From Octopus sinensis (taxonomy: Eukaryota), in the NCBI RefSeq assembly GCF_006345805.1, contig NC_043002.1:97464001-97528000 (forward strand): a stretch of 64,000 nucleotides of DNA, given 5' to 3'. Under the pieces are notes generated by a model. It was not told the DNA's origin, did not search any database, and saw only the letters and a list, made by a program, of their open reading frames with translations. Both the position numbers and the translations under genes were made by a program. Positions 40,853-53,189 of this stretch are shown one piece after another (within the stretch, counting starts at the first letter, position 1; each line of letters opens with the position of its first letter).

Positions 40853-40856
40853 ATAT
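40344..40856 (+). mobile_element. Helitron-like element, copy 2, inside a mariner-type MITE (40265-40991)
   Basis: Same as copy 1; MITE left half ends TTTTATTCAA and resumes ATATTCCCCTCTCTG. Confidence 0.65.
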
Positions 40857-41866
40857 ATTCCCCTCTCTGATTCACACACTTGTTGCAGCGGTCCTTTAGT
40901 TTTTCTAAGCCCCGTAAAAGAACTCGGAAGTTTGGGCCTCAAACCTGGCCTTTCACGATACCCTTAAAGCGAGGAACTTTCAGCTCACCCTGGTTCTTTC
41001 TGGAGAATTCGAATGTGACTACGTTGATCGCTGTTCTATTTCGTCATCGGAGAATATCTCACCCCTTTAGTCGATATTATTCATAGTAGTACACGTGATT
41101 CATTGGTGCCAAAGGATTTTGAGATACAACAGTGTTTCGACCTGGTTGTGCGCCTCTGCAGTCAAAGCTGCCTTCGGATCAATGATTCTAACAAGAGCAC
41201 TAGCTTTTGTTTATAGAAAACAGCAAACAAATTATTTGATGATGCGTGAAGTCTACCAAGCTGATAATAATTGATAAACTGCACCAGCGAGAATCCAAAC
41301 AATCCTTAATGAATTTCGTGTGTTATGAGCAGGCATCACCTATAGATGGTGGAGATGTTCTCCGATGGCTAAATACATAAGCAGCCAGCATGTTCACGTT
41401 CGAATGTTTTGAGAATGAATAGACGGGTTACATTTGGATTTTCGCTGTTCTGTAAGAATCCTATCCTCATAAATTAATACCAGCTCTTCAGTTGTCATAT
41501 ATTTTAATGAATTTTAATTTCGAATAGAATGTTAAATATCACTGGAGTTTAACAAAGAATGATTAATATTAGTACAAATCAAATTTTCGTACATTTATTG
41601 AAATCTGTATTTTAAAACAATTGGGGCAAATCTGTTACTTCTATAGAAATTACTCACTAAAAAGAGAAGAGATAAAAAACCAAATTCTACAGTGTAAATG
41701 TACTCACCTAATACCTACTGGATACAGCACAGACATATCCCTGTACACTTATCCTTTGATTAGTGCATGTAGTTAATCTTAAGACTTTATAAAACGTTAA
41801 TCAGAACTGTACCAAGGTTAACTGTTATTTATGGTGAAACATGATAAAAGTATTGTTTTACTTTAG

Positions 41867-42286
41867 GGCGGCAAGCTGGCAGAAACGTTAGCACGCCGGG
41901 CGAAATGCTTAGTGGTATTTCGTTTGTCCTTACGTTCTGAGTTCAAATTCCGCTGATGTCGACTTTGCCTTTCATCCTTTCGGGGTCGGTAAATTAAGTA
42001 CCAGTTACGCACTGGGGTCGATACAATCGACTTAATCCGTTTGTCTGTCCTTGTTTGTCCTCTCTGTGTTTAGCCCCTTGTGGGTAGTAAAGAAATAGCT
42101 ATCTCGTCTGTCTTGACGTTCTGAGTTTAAATTCCGCCGAGGTCGACTTTGCTTTTCATCCTTTCGGGGTCGATTAAATAAATACCAGTTACGCACTGGG
42201 GTCGATACAATCGACTTAATCCATTTGTCTGTCCTTGTTTGTCCCCTCTGTGTGTGTGGCCCCTTGTGGGCAGTAAAGAAATAAGA
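41867..42286 (+). mobile_element. SINE family A dimer with a 13-bp TSD around the whole dimer
   Basis: ATTGTTTTACTTT at 41852-41864 and 42287-42299. Confidence 0.9.
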
Positions 42287-43188
42287 ATTGTTTTACTTTC
42301 CCTATATTTGAATTTTAATAATTTTATGAGCCTGATGGCTGACTCTTGTGATAACCGGTCATGAGATGTGGAAACTAGCAAAACAAGTAAAAGAAAATAG
42401 ACGCTTTCCTTCTTTCGCCTGACCAATGGGTTTTAAATCGTACTAATTTTAAAATGGCATTAATTAGATGTGGTGTAACTCTGAGGGTCGGCTATCAGAG
42501 AGAAGACAATCCTGTTTGGATTAAATTAGCTTGAGACGGGGGATAGAAGTTTGAAATTTAAATGAAAGAGCAAAGAAGGTGTAAAATATATACACAGTTA
42601 ATATTTCGTTTTCCTACACGTTATAATGGTCTTAAAATTCTTATTCGTCGGTAGCCATGTACACTCGAATGTTTTGCGCATTAACTGAGCTGTTGCCGCG
42701 ATCTTTACGAATTTTATCATACTAATTAAAACACACACGAAATAGAACCGTAGTAACGGAAAGTCATCAATAATGCTTTAGAGTGAAATAAATATTTAAA
42801 GATTTATTGGTTCCTGCAGTTGTAACCCTAATTGTAGGATAAACACTGACCATATAAATGTCTGATCCTGTTTTATATTTCAGAAGTCTTCTAAAGCACC
42901 GTATTTTATGCTTGACTGAGTAAATCAATTCACTATATTTTGTTTTCTTTTTGTTAACCTAACTTTATACCCCATATATTGAATTTGTTTTTGGTAAGCA
43001 CAACAACAACGACAACAACGAACAGTATTGAATTCTAACTGAACGAAAAACAACTCCAAGTGATTCGTTATCAGAGATGTCACAGTGACCTGATAAAAGT
43101 ACACTATTGTAAAAGATTACCGCATTCTGCAACTGACATAGTAATTCGGACTGAAACAACTTGCGTTTAATTAGATGTTGATGGGAAG

Positions 43189-43288
43189 TGACATCATAGT
43201 ATCGATGATGTCATCGATAGAATTACATTTGGTAGAGTGATACGTCATCGATTGAGGGTGTATCAGAGAAACAATGACATCACTGACG
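43189..43288. promoter_or_regulatory. Possible bZIP (CRE/ATF-like) site cluster
   Basis: TGACATCA at 43189 and 43275, TGATGTCA at 43206, ACGTCA at 43242, three ATCGAT; motif content only. Confidence 0.3.
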
Positions 43289-43776
43289 GAATATCGTTTT
43301 GTTGGAATTGTGCTTTTATAATATGGGCTTTTATGGAACTCTGCGAGATGCCAGGTTTAATAATGTTAGATTAACTCAAAATGATGGATTATTGTTTGGT
43401 GAAATAACGCAGAGGGAATTATATTTTTACCAGTGTGACTTCAGGAAAGTAATAACTGAACGTTTTGTTTTTTTCCAATATTACACCAGAAACAATATAT
43501 TGTTTATCAAGTGATGTTGCATTTAGGACAACATATCACAATATTGAAACAAAACAATGAAGAACTGGGTGACATGGCTGGAAGACAACTAAATATATTG
43601 ATAACAAACTCATTGGAGACTTGTCTCGTGTGTTGCTTGTATATCTCCTACCGATACTCGATCAGTGTGTGAGCATGTCTGGCATATGTAAATAAGTAAA
43701 TAAATAAATATATATATAATATATATAATATATATATATATTATATATATATATAAATATAAATATATATATATAC

Positions 43777-43813
<37 letters not shown>

Positions 43814-43842
43814 AACGTATATGTATATATATATATATTATG

Positions 43843-43891
<49 letters not shown>

Positions 43892-43929
43892 TTATGTATA
43901 TATACATATATAATATATATATATATATT

Positions 43930-43980
<51 letters not shown>

Positions 43981-43984
43981 TATG

Positions 43985-44017
<33 letters not shown>

Positions 44018-44285
44018 TATATACATATATATATATATACATATATATATGTATATATATATTACATATATATATATACATATATATATATACATATATA
44101 TATGTATATATATACATACATTATATATATATGTATATATATATACATATATATATGCATATATATATATATACATATATATATATATGTATATATATAT
44201 ATATGCATATATATATATGTATATATATATATACTATATATATATATATGTATATTATATATATATTATATATGTATATATATTG

Positions 44286-44317
<32 letters not shown>

Positions 44318-44415
44318 CATATATATATGTATATATATATATATGTATAATATATATACATATATTATATATATATATATATATATAGTATGTATATATA
44401 CATAAATATATACAT

Positions 44416-44466
<51 letters not shown>

Positions 44467-44518
44467 TATATATAATATATATATAATATATATATATATA
44501 ATATGTATATATACATAA

Positions 44519-44587
<69 letters not shown>

Positions 44588-44678
44588 CATATACATATAT
44601 ACATATATATATATATATACATATACGTTTAAATATTTGTTGTGCAAGATTTTTATGTGAAGTCGTGTGTTGAAACAG

Positions 44679-45154
44679 ATATTGTCATATTTCGGAATGG
44701 TCATTTTGCCAGTTTAGCCAATAAAAACACACGCACTATATATTTGGTGTTACTTTGCTTCAGTGTTATTTATTTTTTACGTTAATCTTAATCTTATTTC
44801 GGCCAGAGTTCTTTCGTCACACTCCTGTGACCGCGTCAGTGGTCCTTTGTTTTCTTCTCACTTATTTGTGTCTCTCCTTACTAACCGTCTGATGGACTGG
44901 TCGGTCACGTGATCACGTGATATATATATATACATATATCAATATGTATATATATGTATATACGAAACACAGTGAGAAGAGAACAAAGGACCACTGATGC
45001 GGTCACAGGAGTGTGACGAAAGAACTCTGGCCGAAATAAGATTAAGATTAATGTAAAAAATAAATAACACTGAAGCAAAGTAACACCAAATATATAGTGC
45101 GTGTGTTTTTATTTGCTAAACTGGCAAAATGACCATTCCGAAATATAACAATAT
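44679..45154. mobile_element. Inverted repeat, ~183-bp arms and ~110-bp spacer, each arm with a hammerhead-like motif (Penelope-type)
   Basis: 44679-44861 is the rc of 44972-45154 apart from a few substitutions. Confidence 0.8.
44991..45030 (+). ncRNA. Hammerhead-like motif with atypical position 9 (second copy on the minus strand at 44803-44842)
   Basis: CCA CUGAUG CG GUCAC-AGGAGU-GUGAC GAAA G-AA-C UC UGG: stems I, II and a minimal III present, CUC site. Confidence 0.45.
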
Positions 45155-45214
45155 ATACATATATATATACATATATACATATATATATTATATATATATA
45201 TATATATAATATAC

Positions 45215-45250
<36 letters not shown>

Positions 45251-45598
45251 GCATATATACATACATATATATATACATATATATATACATATATTATATA
45301 CATATATATATATACATATATTTATACACATATATATATACATATATATATACATATATATATACATATATATATACATATATATATGTATATATACATA
45401 TGTATATATGTATATATATATACATATATATACATATATATATATACATATATATATGTATATATACATATGTATATATGTATATATATATGTATGTATA
45501 CATATGTATATATGTATATATATATATGTATATTAATCAAAATAAAAACATGATGCCAAGGATTCAGCGGTACATATGTTTTATATATATACATATAT

Positions 45599-45650
<52 letters not shown>

Positions 45651-45960
45651 TATATATATGTATATATGTATATATATATATGTATATATGTATATATATA
45701 TTATATACTATATATATATATATATGTATATATTTGTATATATATATAATATATATATATACATATATATGTCCTTACGTTCTGAGTTCAAATTCCGCTG
45801 ATGTCGACTTTGCCTTTCATCATTTCGGGGTCGGTAAATTAAGTACCAGTTACGCACTGGGGTCGATACAATCGACTTAATCCATTTGTCTGTCCTTGTT
45901 TGTCCTCTCTGTGTTTAGTATATACATATATATACATATTGATATATGTATATATATATA

Positions 45961-46278
45961 TCACGTGATCACGTGACCGACCAGTCCATCAGATGTAGTT
46001 ACGCATCGCTGGTCACAATGCGTTCGCATTGTTTTAGCCTTCGAATGACGCTACCCCGCTGGCTATATATATACATATGTATATATGGCCAACAGAAGAA
46101 AGAGTGGGAGAAAGTGTGGTGAAAGAGTACAGCAGGGATCACCACCCCCTGCCGGAACCTCGTTTAGCTTTTAGGTGTTTTCGCTCAATAAACACACACA
46201 ACACCCGGTCTGGGAATCGAAACCGCGATCCTCCGACCGCGAGTCCGCTACCCTAACCACTAGGCCATTGCGCCTCCA
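45961..46278 (-). mobile_element. SINE family C (tail type 3)
   Basis: Family C head; tail CTGATGGACTGGTCGGTCACGTGATCACGTGA(TA)n. Confidence 0.85.
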
Positions 46279-46279
46279 C

Positions 46280-46323
<44 letters not shown>

Positions 46324-46373
46324 ATATACATATGTATATATATAATATATATTATATATATATTATATATATA

Positions 46374-46431
<58 letters not shown>

Positions 46432-46432
46432 A

Positions 46433-46494
<62 letters not shown>

Positions 46495-46599
46495 ATAAAT
46501 ATATACATATTATATATATATACATATATATATACATATGTATATATGTATATATACATATATATATATGAAAAAACAAGTCAAAAATAGAAAATGCTA

Positions 46600-47595
46600 A
46601 GATAATTTTATAGTGAATCTTTCAGTACCGGTTTCGGTCATTTTGAGACCTTTTCAACTGTAACGATTAAATAATTAAATTTAGAAAAATTAGAAGAAAA
46701 GTTTTTTTAAAAGAATATTTCTGTAGTAGTGTTCAGATATAAGTAGCATTCTGCCTTTCTCTGACTCCCTTGTTTGCACTTGTGTGTTCGAGGTCGTTTT
46801 GAGTTCTTGGTAGGATAGGTGAAGAATAATGAGGCTGATGTGGAGAGGGGGTGGGGAAATCTGGGAATGCCTTAATGGTCGTATTTTGAATGGTCAGTGG
46901 CTGAGAGTAGTCGCAGTTCAATTCAGGAATTGTTTATGGAATTTGCGTAGGCGTTATACTGAAAGACATTAGTGACAAGGTTAAGGGGTGGAAGGTGGAG
47001 AAGTAGAAGAAGAAGAAGATGACGATGTTGATGATGATGATGATGAAGAAGAAGAGAAGAAGAAGAAGAAGAAGAAGAAGAAGAAGAAGAAGAAGAAGAA
47101 GGAGAAGGAGAAGATGGTGGTGATGATGGTGGTGATGATGATGACGACGATGATGATGATAATGATGATGATGAAGAAGAAGAGGAAGAAGAAGAAGAAG
47201 AAAAAAACAGAGAAGGGAGAATATGAATGGGTGTAAGTGATGGGGCTGATTAGTAATGGATTCTATGGGGTGTAATATTTGTGTGTGTATATATTTCTTT
47301 TATTCTAAAGTTGAGGTATATTAATTGTTTGTCGTAGACCTGTTAAGAAGTGGCTTGTATTTTGTAATAAAGAGATTTTCTTTACTTATTCGTTGTCTCG
47401 AGGTTGTATCGTCCCTAAATTGGTAGAGGGGGAAAATTCTGAAGTTTGGTGTTTTTTTGTTGGCGCAAGTATCTATGTGTTGGCTAAAAGCTATTTTTCT
47501 GTTTTGGGGAATTTTTATCTGGGATCTGTGCAGGGCCATTCGTTTACGCAAACCATTTTTTGTTTGGCCTATGTACTGCTCTTGATACATTTTAT
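46600..47595 (-). mobile_element. Penelope-like retroelement 3' remnant (GIY-YIG end followed by a hammerhead-bearing segment)
   Basis: YIGQTKNGLRKRMALHR..KENLFITKYKPLLN (47321-47590) is a GIY-YIG C-terminus; hammerhead downstream on the same strand. Confidence 0.85.
46623..46660 (-). ncRNA. Minimal type I hammerhead ribozyme with compensatory U3-A8 core pair
   Basis: CAG UUGAAAA GGUC-UCAAAAU-GACC GAAA CCGG UA CUG: stem I CAG/CUG, 4-bp stem II, palindromic stem III ACCGGU, GUA site. Confidence 0.7.
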
Positions 47596-48148
47596 ATTTT
47601 TTTGAATCTCGTTCAGTTGATGTGGAACAAACCTATCCGTTTTCTTGACTTTTCCAATTTTTTACAGGTGTTCAAAAACACTTGTGCGAGATGTTTGGAG
47701 TTCTAATGGAAGTTTTCGTATCTTTGTTCTCGGGTTTTGTTCAACCAAAGCATTAAATCTATCATGCCGAATAACTGATTTTGACCTACCCCTTCGTTTA
47801 TTTTCAAGGCTATCATCTCCTGAACGAGAGCTTTGGAACCATCTCTGAACAGTTCTGATGTCAACAAAACCATTACCAAAGGCCCGCTTGATAGCTTGAT
47901 ATTCCGTAGAGCATCTGCGGCAGAGTGACCCAGTTTGTACTCATACGAGAAAATCACTCGACATAGTTTGGTTGTTGTCCTGTTCATAAGGTCTGTGGGT
48001 ACGAATTTTGTATTCCAAAATTGTTGGGAAAGAAAAAGAGTCAAGGTTAAATGCAAGGTATACATAATTGACTTTTTAAATGGCTGAAATAACAAGTAAT
48101 TAAAAAGTAATTAACAAGTAATGCAACATTTCATCTGAAACAACCTAA
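47595..48148 (-). mobile_element. Mariner 5' half, truncated at the Penelope-like remnant
   Basis: TIR TA|TTAGGTTGTTTCAGATGAAATG; RVIFSYEYKLGHSAADALRNI; frameshifted DRFVPHQLNE (WVPHEL-like). Confidence 0.85.
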
Positions 48149-49489
48149 TATATCGACTTTGGTATTATTATTACTTTCATGGCTAATAACGAATTTTTAT
48201 CCAGCTCTAGCTATTTGTGACACAACAAACTGACTAATTGGTGTTCGTTTATATATAATTAGAGGGTGAAATGTCTAGGTATGCGGTGATAAATTATGTT
48301 TGCTTCCGGTGACGCGCAAATACTCAGAAATTACGTGATCTTGCAGCTCCACCGTTGCTACCAGACATCTAACGTCTACTATTAATAAATATGTGCTTTT
48401 TAGCACTACATATCTGCACGAGATGTTTTCTCAAAATGAATACGTAGAATTGTGACTTTCTTTTAGTATATCCACATTAAGTAAGGTATAGAGATTGCTT
48501 TCCAGATGGATATAAAATTAGATAGACGCTTATGTTTATAAACAAGGTGAAAATAAGCCCGAATACAAGATGTGAAGTTGTTTTATTATTTTGAAGCTTA
48601 AACTGCTCAAATTACAGCTTTTTTTTTTTCATGTTCCCGTTTCTCGGTTGACCGTAACTGTAGGGTTTTGCTTTTTTTTACATCTTAACTTTTCTTTGCT
48701 GGGTTTTATCGTTCACATTTGCCAACCAGATATGAATAATAAAGGGTTGCATTACGATTACGACAGCAGTTATTATAATTCAGTGATGTCAACCGTACAA
48801 AAGTACGTTTGTTCTCAGAAATAATGAGCTGGAAACTGAGATAGACTTTCTTAATGAAAACCATTAATGTATTCGAGCGTCACTCGTAGTTTCGGCCTAA
48901 TTAGTTGTCACCTGTTCCGCAGTTGTAAAAGAAGCTAATCAGAGGTTGGAATGGCGACAAAATTCTTTATTTAGCCCTAGGAATCATAAGGCAAGCTACC
49001 CGGTTTCCATAGCACATTAAATATTGAGATTACAACGTCACTACTGAATGGAACGCAAGTCCGTTTCAAGGCCCCAAGCCAGCAGTTTCGAAGCGACAGG
49101 ACATGTCGATTGCATCGACCCAAGTACTTGACTAGTACTTTCTTTTAGCGACTCTGAAATGATGAAAGCAAAGCGACCTGCGCGGGACTTGTCTCAGAAT
49201 ATAAAGAACCGGAAAAAATGCAGCTAAGCCTTTTGTTCGACGTGCTAACGGTTCTAACAGCTCGCCGCCTTCGAAAGTGTTTAGAAGGGTAAATATACAG
49301 TCTTAAAACTTTTGATATCAACCCAACTCGGACCTACAATTAAGTCCTGTAAACTCAGGATTAGGATTTATTTGACCAGTGCGATTTCGTTTTGCTATAT
49401 CACGATAAAAGGTAAGAGCAGATGGCCACGTGGTTTTCTGTTTACAACGAGCTAAATAACAGAAGCATAGTTATTTCAGCCTTCTTTTA

Positions 49490-49761
49490 CTTTTTTACCG
49501 AACCGCTAAGTTACGGGGATGTAACCACACCAGCATCGGTTGTCAAGCGATGTTGGGGGGAGGGCAAACACAGACACACAAATATATACACACACACATA
49601 TATATATATATACATATATACGACGGGCTTCTTTCAGTTTCCGTCTACCAAATTCACTCACAAGGCTTTGGTCGGTCCGAGGCTATAGTAGAAGACACTT
49701 GCACATGTTGCCACGCAGTGGGACTGAACCCGGAACCATGTGGTTCGTAAGCAAGCTACTT
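49490..49761 (-). mobile_element. SINE family B body whose head lies at 55037-55073, beyond the Tx1 element
   Basis: Body stops at GTAAGCAAGCTACTT; the missing ACCACACAGCCACACCTACGCC resumes at 55052. Confidence 0.9.
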
Positions 49762-49968
49762 TATTTCATGAAAATTCGCCATTAAGGCGTTGCATAGAGG
49801 GGATATACAAGGACAGACAAACATATAGGGTGAAGTAGCTTAAAACGTTTTAGTATCTACACTATAATGGGCACAAATTTTAATAAGAGTTTACAAATTT
49901 TATGTTACATAGTAGGGCTAGGAACCCAGCCATCTGGGTAGAACCTTTACTTCTTGATCCGGCCACAC

Positions 49969-52900
49969 TTACCTGGTGCCAAACATACCCAGCTTGCAAG
50001 CCACAGGCTTCCATCTTTTCATAACCATATCTCGTGACAGACACCTCTTCTCCAGCCTGATCTTACTACCGAGGTGGTAACTAAAATAGTTAACCAACCC
50101 CTGGCCGGATACAAAGGTACCTGTCACTATACCTTTCGTACGCGTCTTCCATACTGTTTCTTTCAGTATGGCTACTACGCAGGATAAACAAGCCTTCCTT
50201 TCCCTGCTGAGGAAAGGAGGTGGCACAATCTCAATGATAGACTCCGCTGATAGCTTTACTCTTTCACTCACTGACAACAGTTGTTCGGCAAAAGCAATCC
50301 GTCCCGATAACTCCGGGCACTCCACGAATGCTTGCAAGACGGTTTTCCTATCCCGCTCACATCGTGGACATGTCGGCGAGACGGCACTTCCGTGCCTTGA
50401 CAGCTTGTCGCGAACAGGTAACGCCGCACGGAAACATTGCCAGGCCAGGGATTTCTGGTAATTATCCAGATACCTCGGTTCGAACGTTCTCCGGAACAGG
50501 TTGACCAACTGATTTTCATCGTAGCCCAGGGTCTCCCCCAAGACGTCTTCTGACATAAATTCCACTAACCCGCTATAGAAATCCGCGATGGAACTCCTGT
50601 TGCCGGCGTTGCCCGCCCGAGAGAATAGCTGGAGTGCTTGACGACACTCCAAGTACCATTCCCCCAGTTTAGGTCTTCGCTTGATCCATGCACCGGTGTC
50701 CGTTAAGGACGTTAACTGGGGAAGGTAGAACCGAACGTTCGGTGACCACACCTGCTCTCCATCCAGGTAAAGCCAGTGGTGCCTCAACCTTAACGCGAAT
50801 TTTCGCATCTTCAGCCAAGCCATTCCTAGCCCACTCTTTAGCGGTTTCTGGCAACAGACAGAGCGCTTTACAAGTGGCCTTCCTCCTTTACTCAAAAAGC
50901 GGAAAAGTATTCTCTCCAACTTATTCATCAACAAATCGAGGCAAGGCACCACGGTCAGACGGTAGGTAATTACTGATGCTATGAACATCTGCACCACCTC
51001 CGCCCTCCCTAGCAGGAATAACGCCCGCCCAGACCAGGTCTGGGTTAGACCTGGCCACCTCACTCCAATTTTTCTCTATCTGGAGGTCTGGACCAATCCA
51101 GAAGCCGAGCAGCTTAACAGGACCTTCCGTCCAACGCCCCACGACGTTATTCGACAGCATCGGCTTGCCCCTCCAGGTACCGAGCTGCAAACCGACCGAC
51201 TTGTCCTTGTTAACCTTTGCTCCGGCCACCGCCTCTTAGCTTTTGATGGCCTCTTCCACCACTGGAAGCTGGCCTTCATCTGCCACGATCATGGAGATGT
51301 CATCCGCGTCCGCCGTAGCTCCTCTTCCACACCATAGACCATGCGGTGCGCCCCCTGGTGCCTCCAGCTCCCGCAACAAAGGCTCAAGAGCCAGCACATA
51401 AAGAAGCGGGGACAGGGGACACCCGCTCGATCCTGAACAGCTTCGAAAAGAAACCGTTCACCTTGACGACAGACTCGATGTCGCTATACAAAGCAGCGAT
51501 CCAACCTCGAAAGGTCGGGCCCAGGCCAGCCTCCCCGAGGACCGCCGCCAAGTACCGATGGTCGACCCTATCAAATGCCTTAGACTGGTCTAAATGTACC
51601 AGTGCCCCTCCTCTTGCGCTAGAAAGCTTCCCCACCCTCTCTAAGGAGTAGCGTATAAGGTGGAGATTGTCGTGGGTCGTCCTGCCCGGGATAGCGCACG
51701 TTTGCGCTTCCCCGACAAGTTTGTCCACGACCCGCGCTAACCTTTTCGCTAGCACCTTGGCCAAAATCTTTAACTCTCTGTTCAGCACAGTTATGGATCT
51801 GAAGTTTCCTATATCGACCTTGCTCGGGCCCGTCCTGATCAACGTCACCACCCCCGGCTCGCAGACTTGGGAATCTCCCATTCTGCTGCCAATTGGCGAA
51901 GACGCTAGCCAGCAAGTGCCCGAACAAGTCTGGCATACTTTTATAAAACTCATAGGGCAGACCATCGAGACCCGGCGACTTCTCCCCGGGGCACTCGCCC
52001 AACACCTCGATTATTTCCTCGGCTGTGATTGGCCCCTCACAGCACTCAGCCTCTCGTGCCGAGAAACGAGGGCCGCCAGACAGGAAGTCCCTAAGGGCCT
52101 CACCATGATCTAGCGTCCCGCACCTCCCGAACAACTCGGCGAATTGCTTGTAAAGTGCCTCACACATATCGTCCCGCTCCTTGACTGTGCATCCGTTTTC
52201 GTCAACTAGAGACCTAATTGTAGCATCGTTGCCACGCTGGGTTTCTATCGTACAACATTAATTCCCGGCAACATTAATTCCCTCACACTAAACCTAATGG
52301 AATTGAATCGAATGGCTCTTTTGAGGGCGAACCACCACCGGTTATTAACCACGGCTCCGGTTAACGCCCTCTGCACTAACTGCTTAATCCGACTACGGTA
52401 TACCTCACAAGTCAAAATAGACTTGTTCAGCTTCCAGTAGACGGGTCCTATCTTAAGTGCGCTACCTATGTCCAGTCTACACTTGACCATTCTATGGTCA
52501 GTTTAGGACACCTGGACAAGCTGTGGACAACTAAAACTAGACTTATCTCTAGTTCTTATCACTATCCTATCTAGATAAGACGAACTTTCCGTCGCCACTC
52601 ATCCAGGTCCACTCTGGAACGTTCGGATGGTCAAGTCTGTAACGATCTGCCAGCTGAAAACGCTAAAGCAGATCCACGAGACGTGAGTTCACTTTTCTAT
52701 GGATCGAGCCAACACTATCGATGCGTACGTCAACGATAGCATTAAAGTCCCCTAATACCACTAATGTCTTCGACGTCACGAGAAAGACCTCTAGGCGCCG
52801 ATAAAAATCAGTTTGGAAACTTCTAGCACAAGGTACATAGAGTCCGATCAACCTGAAGGCCTTACTGCTGTATGTCACATCATGGACAACCAGCCCACCT

Positions 52901-53166
52901 TCAGGGTCCACATAGACTGTACTTGTCTGCAGAGCCAAGCCTTTACGGATCAGTACCACTACACCCCCTCGCCCTCCGGTCTGGCCTGGAGACATGATTT
53001 TTCTCGTAGCCATACAGGAGAGGCGAGAAGATTTGTAGACTGTGCAGCTTGGTCTCTGTAGCAATCATCACATGCATTGTGATCTGAGATCGTCGAGGAA
53101 ACACGCCTGCTTCCACTTCGAACTCAGATCACGCACATTCAAACAACCAAAGTTAAGTGAGTCCGT
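49969..53166 (-). pseudogene. Tx1 ORF2: APE endonuclease, reverse transcriptase, C-terminal Cys motif; disrupted
   Basis: LNVRDL, VLGDFNA, YWKLNKSIL, KSPGLDGLPYEFY, NFRSITVLN, LDQSKAFDRVDH, KVNKDKS, CPRCERDRKTVLQAFVECP; several stops and frameshifts; ACG at the expected start. Confidence 0.9.
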
Positions 53167-53189
53167 TTACAAAAAGTAAAAAGTTCTAC

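Larger units (their letters stand above)
43700..46570. repeat. ~2.9-kb degenerate (TA)n/(TATACA)n tract with embedded inserts
   Basis: Direct reading. Confidence 0.95.
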
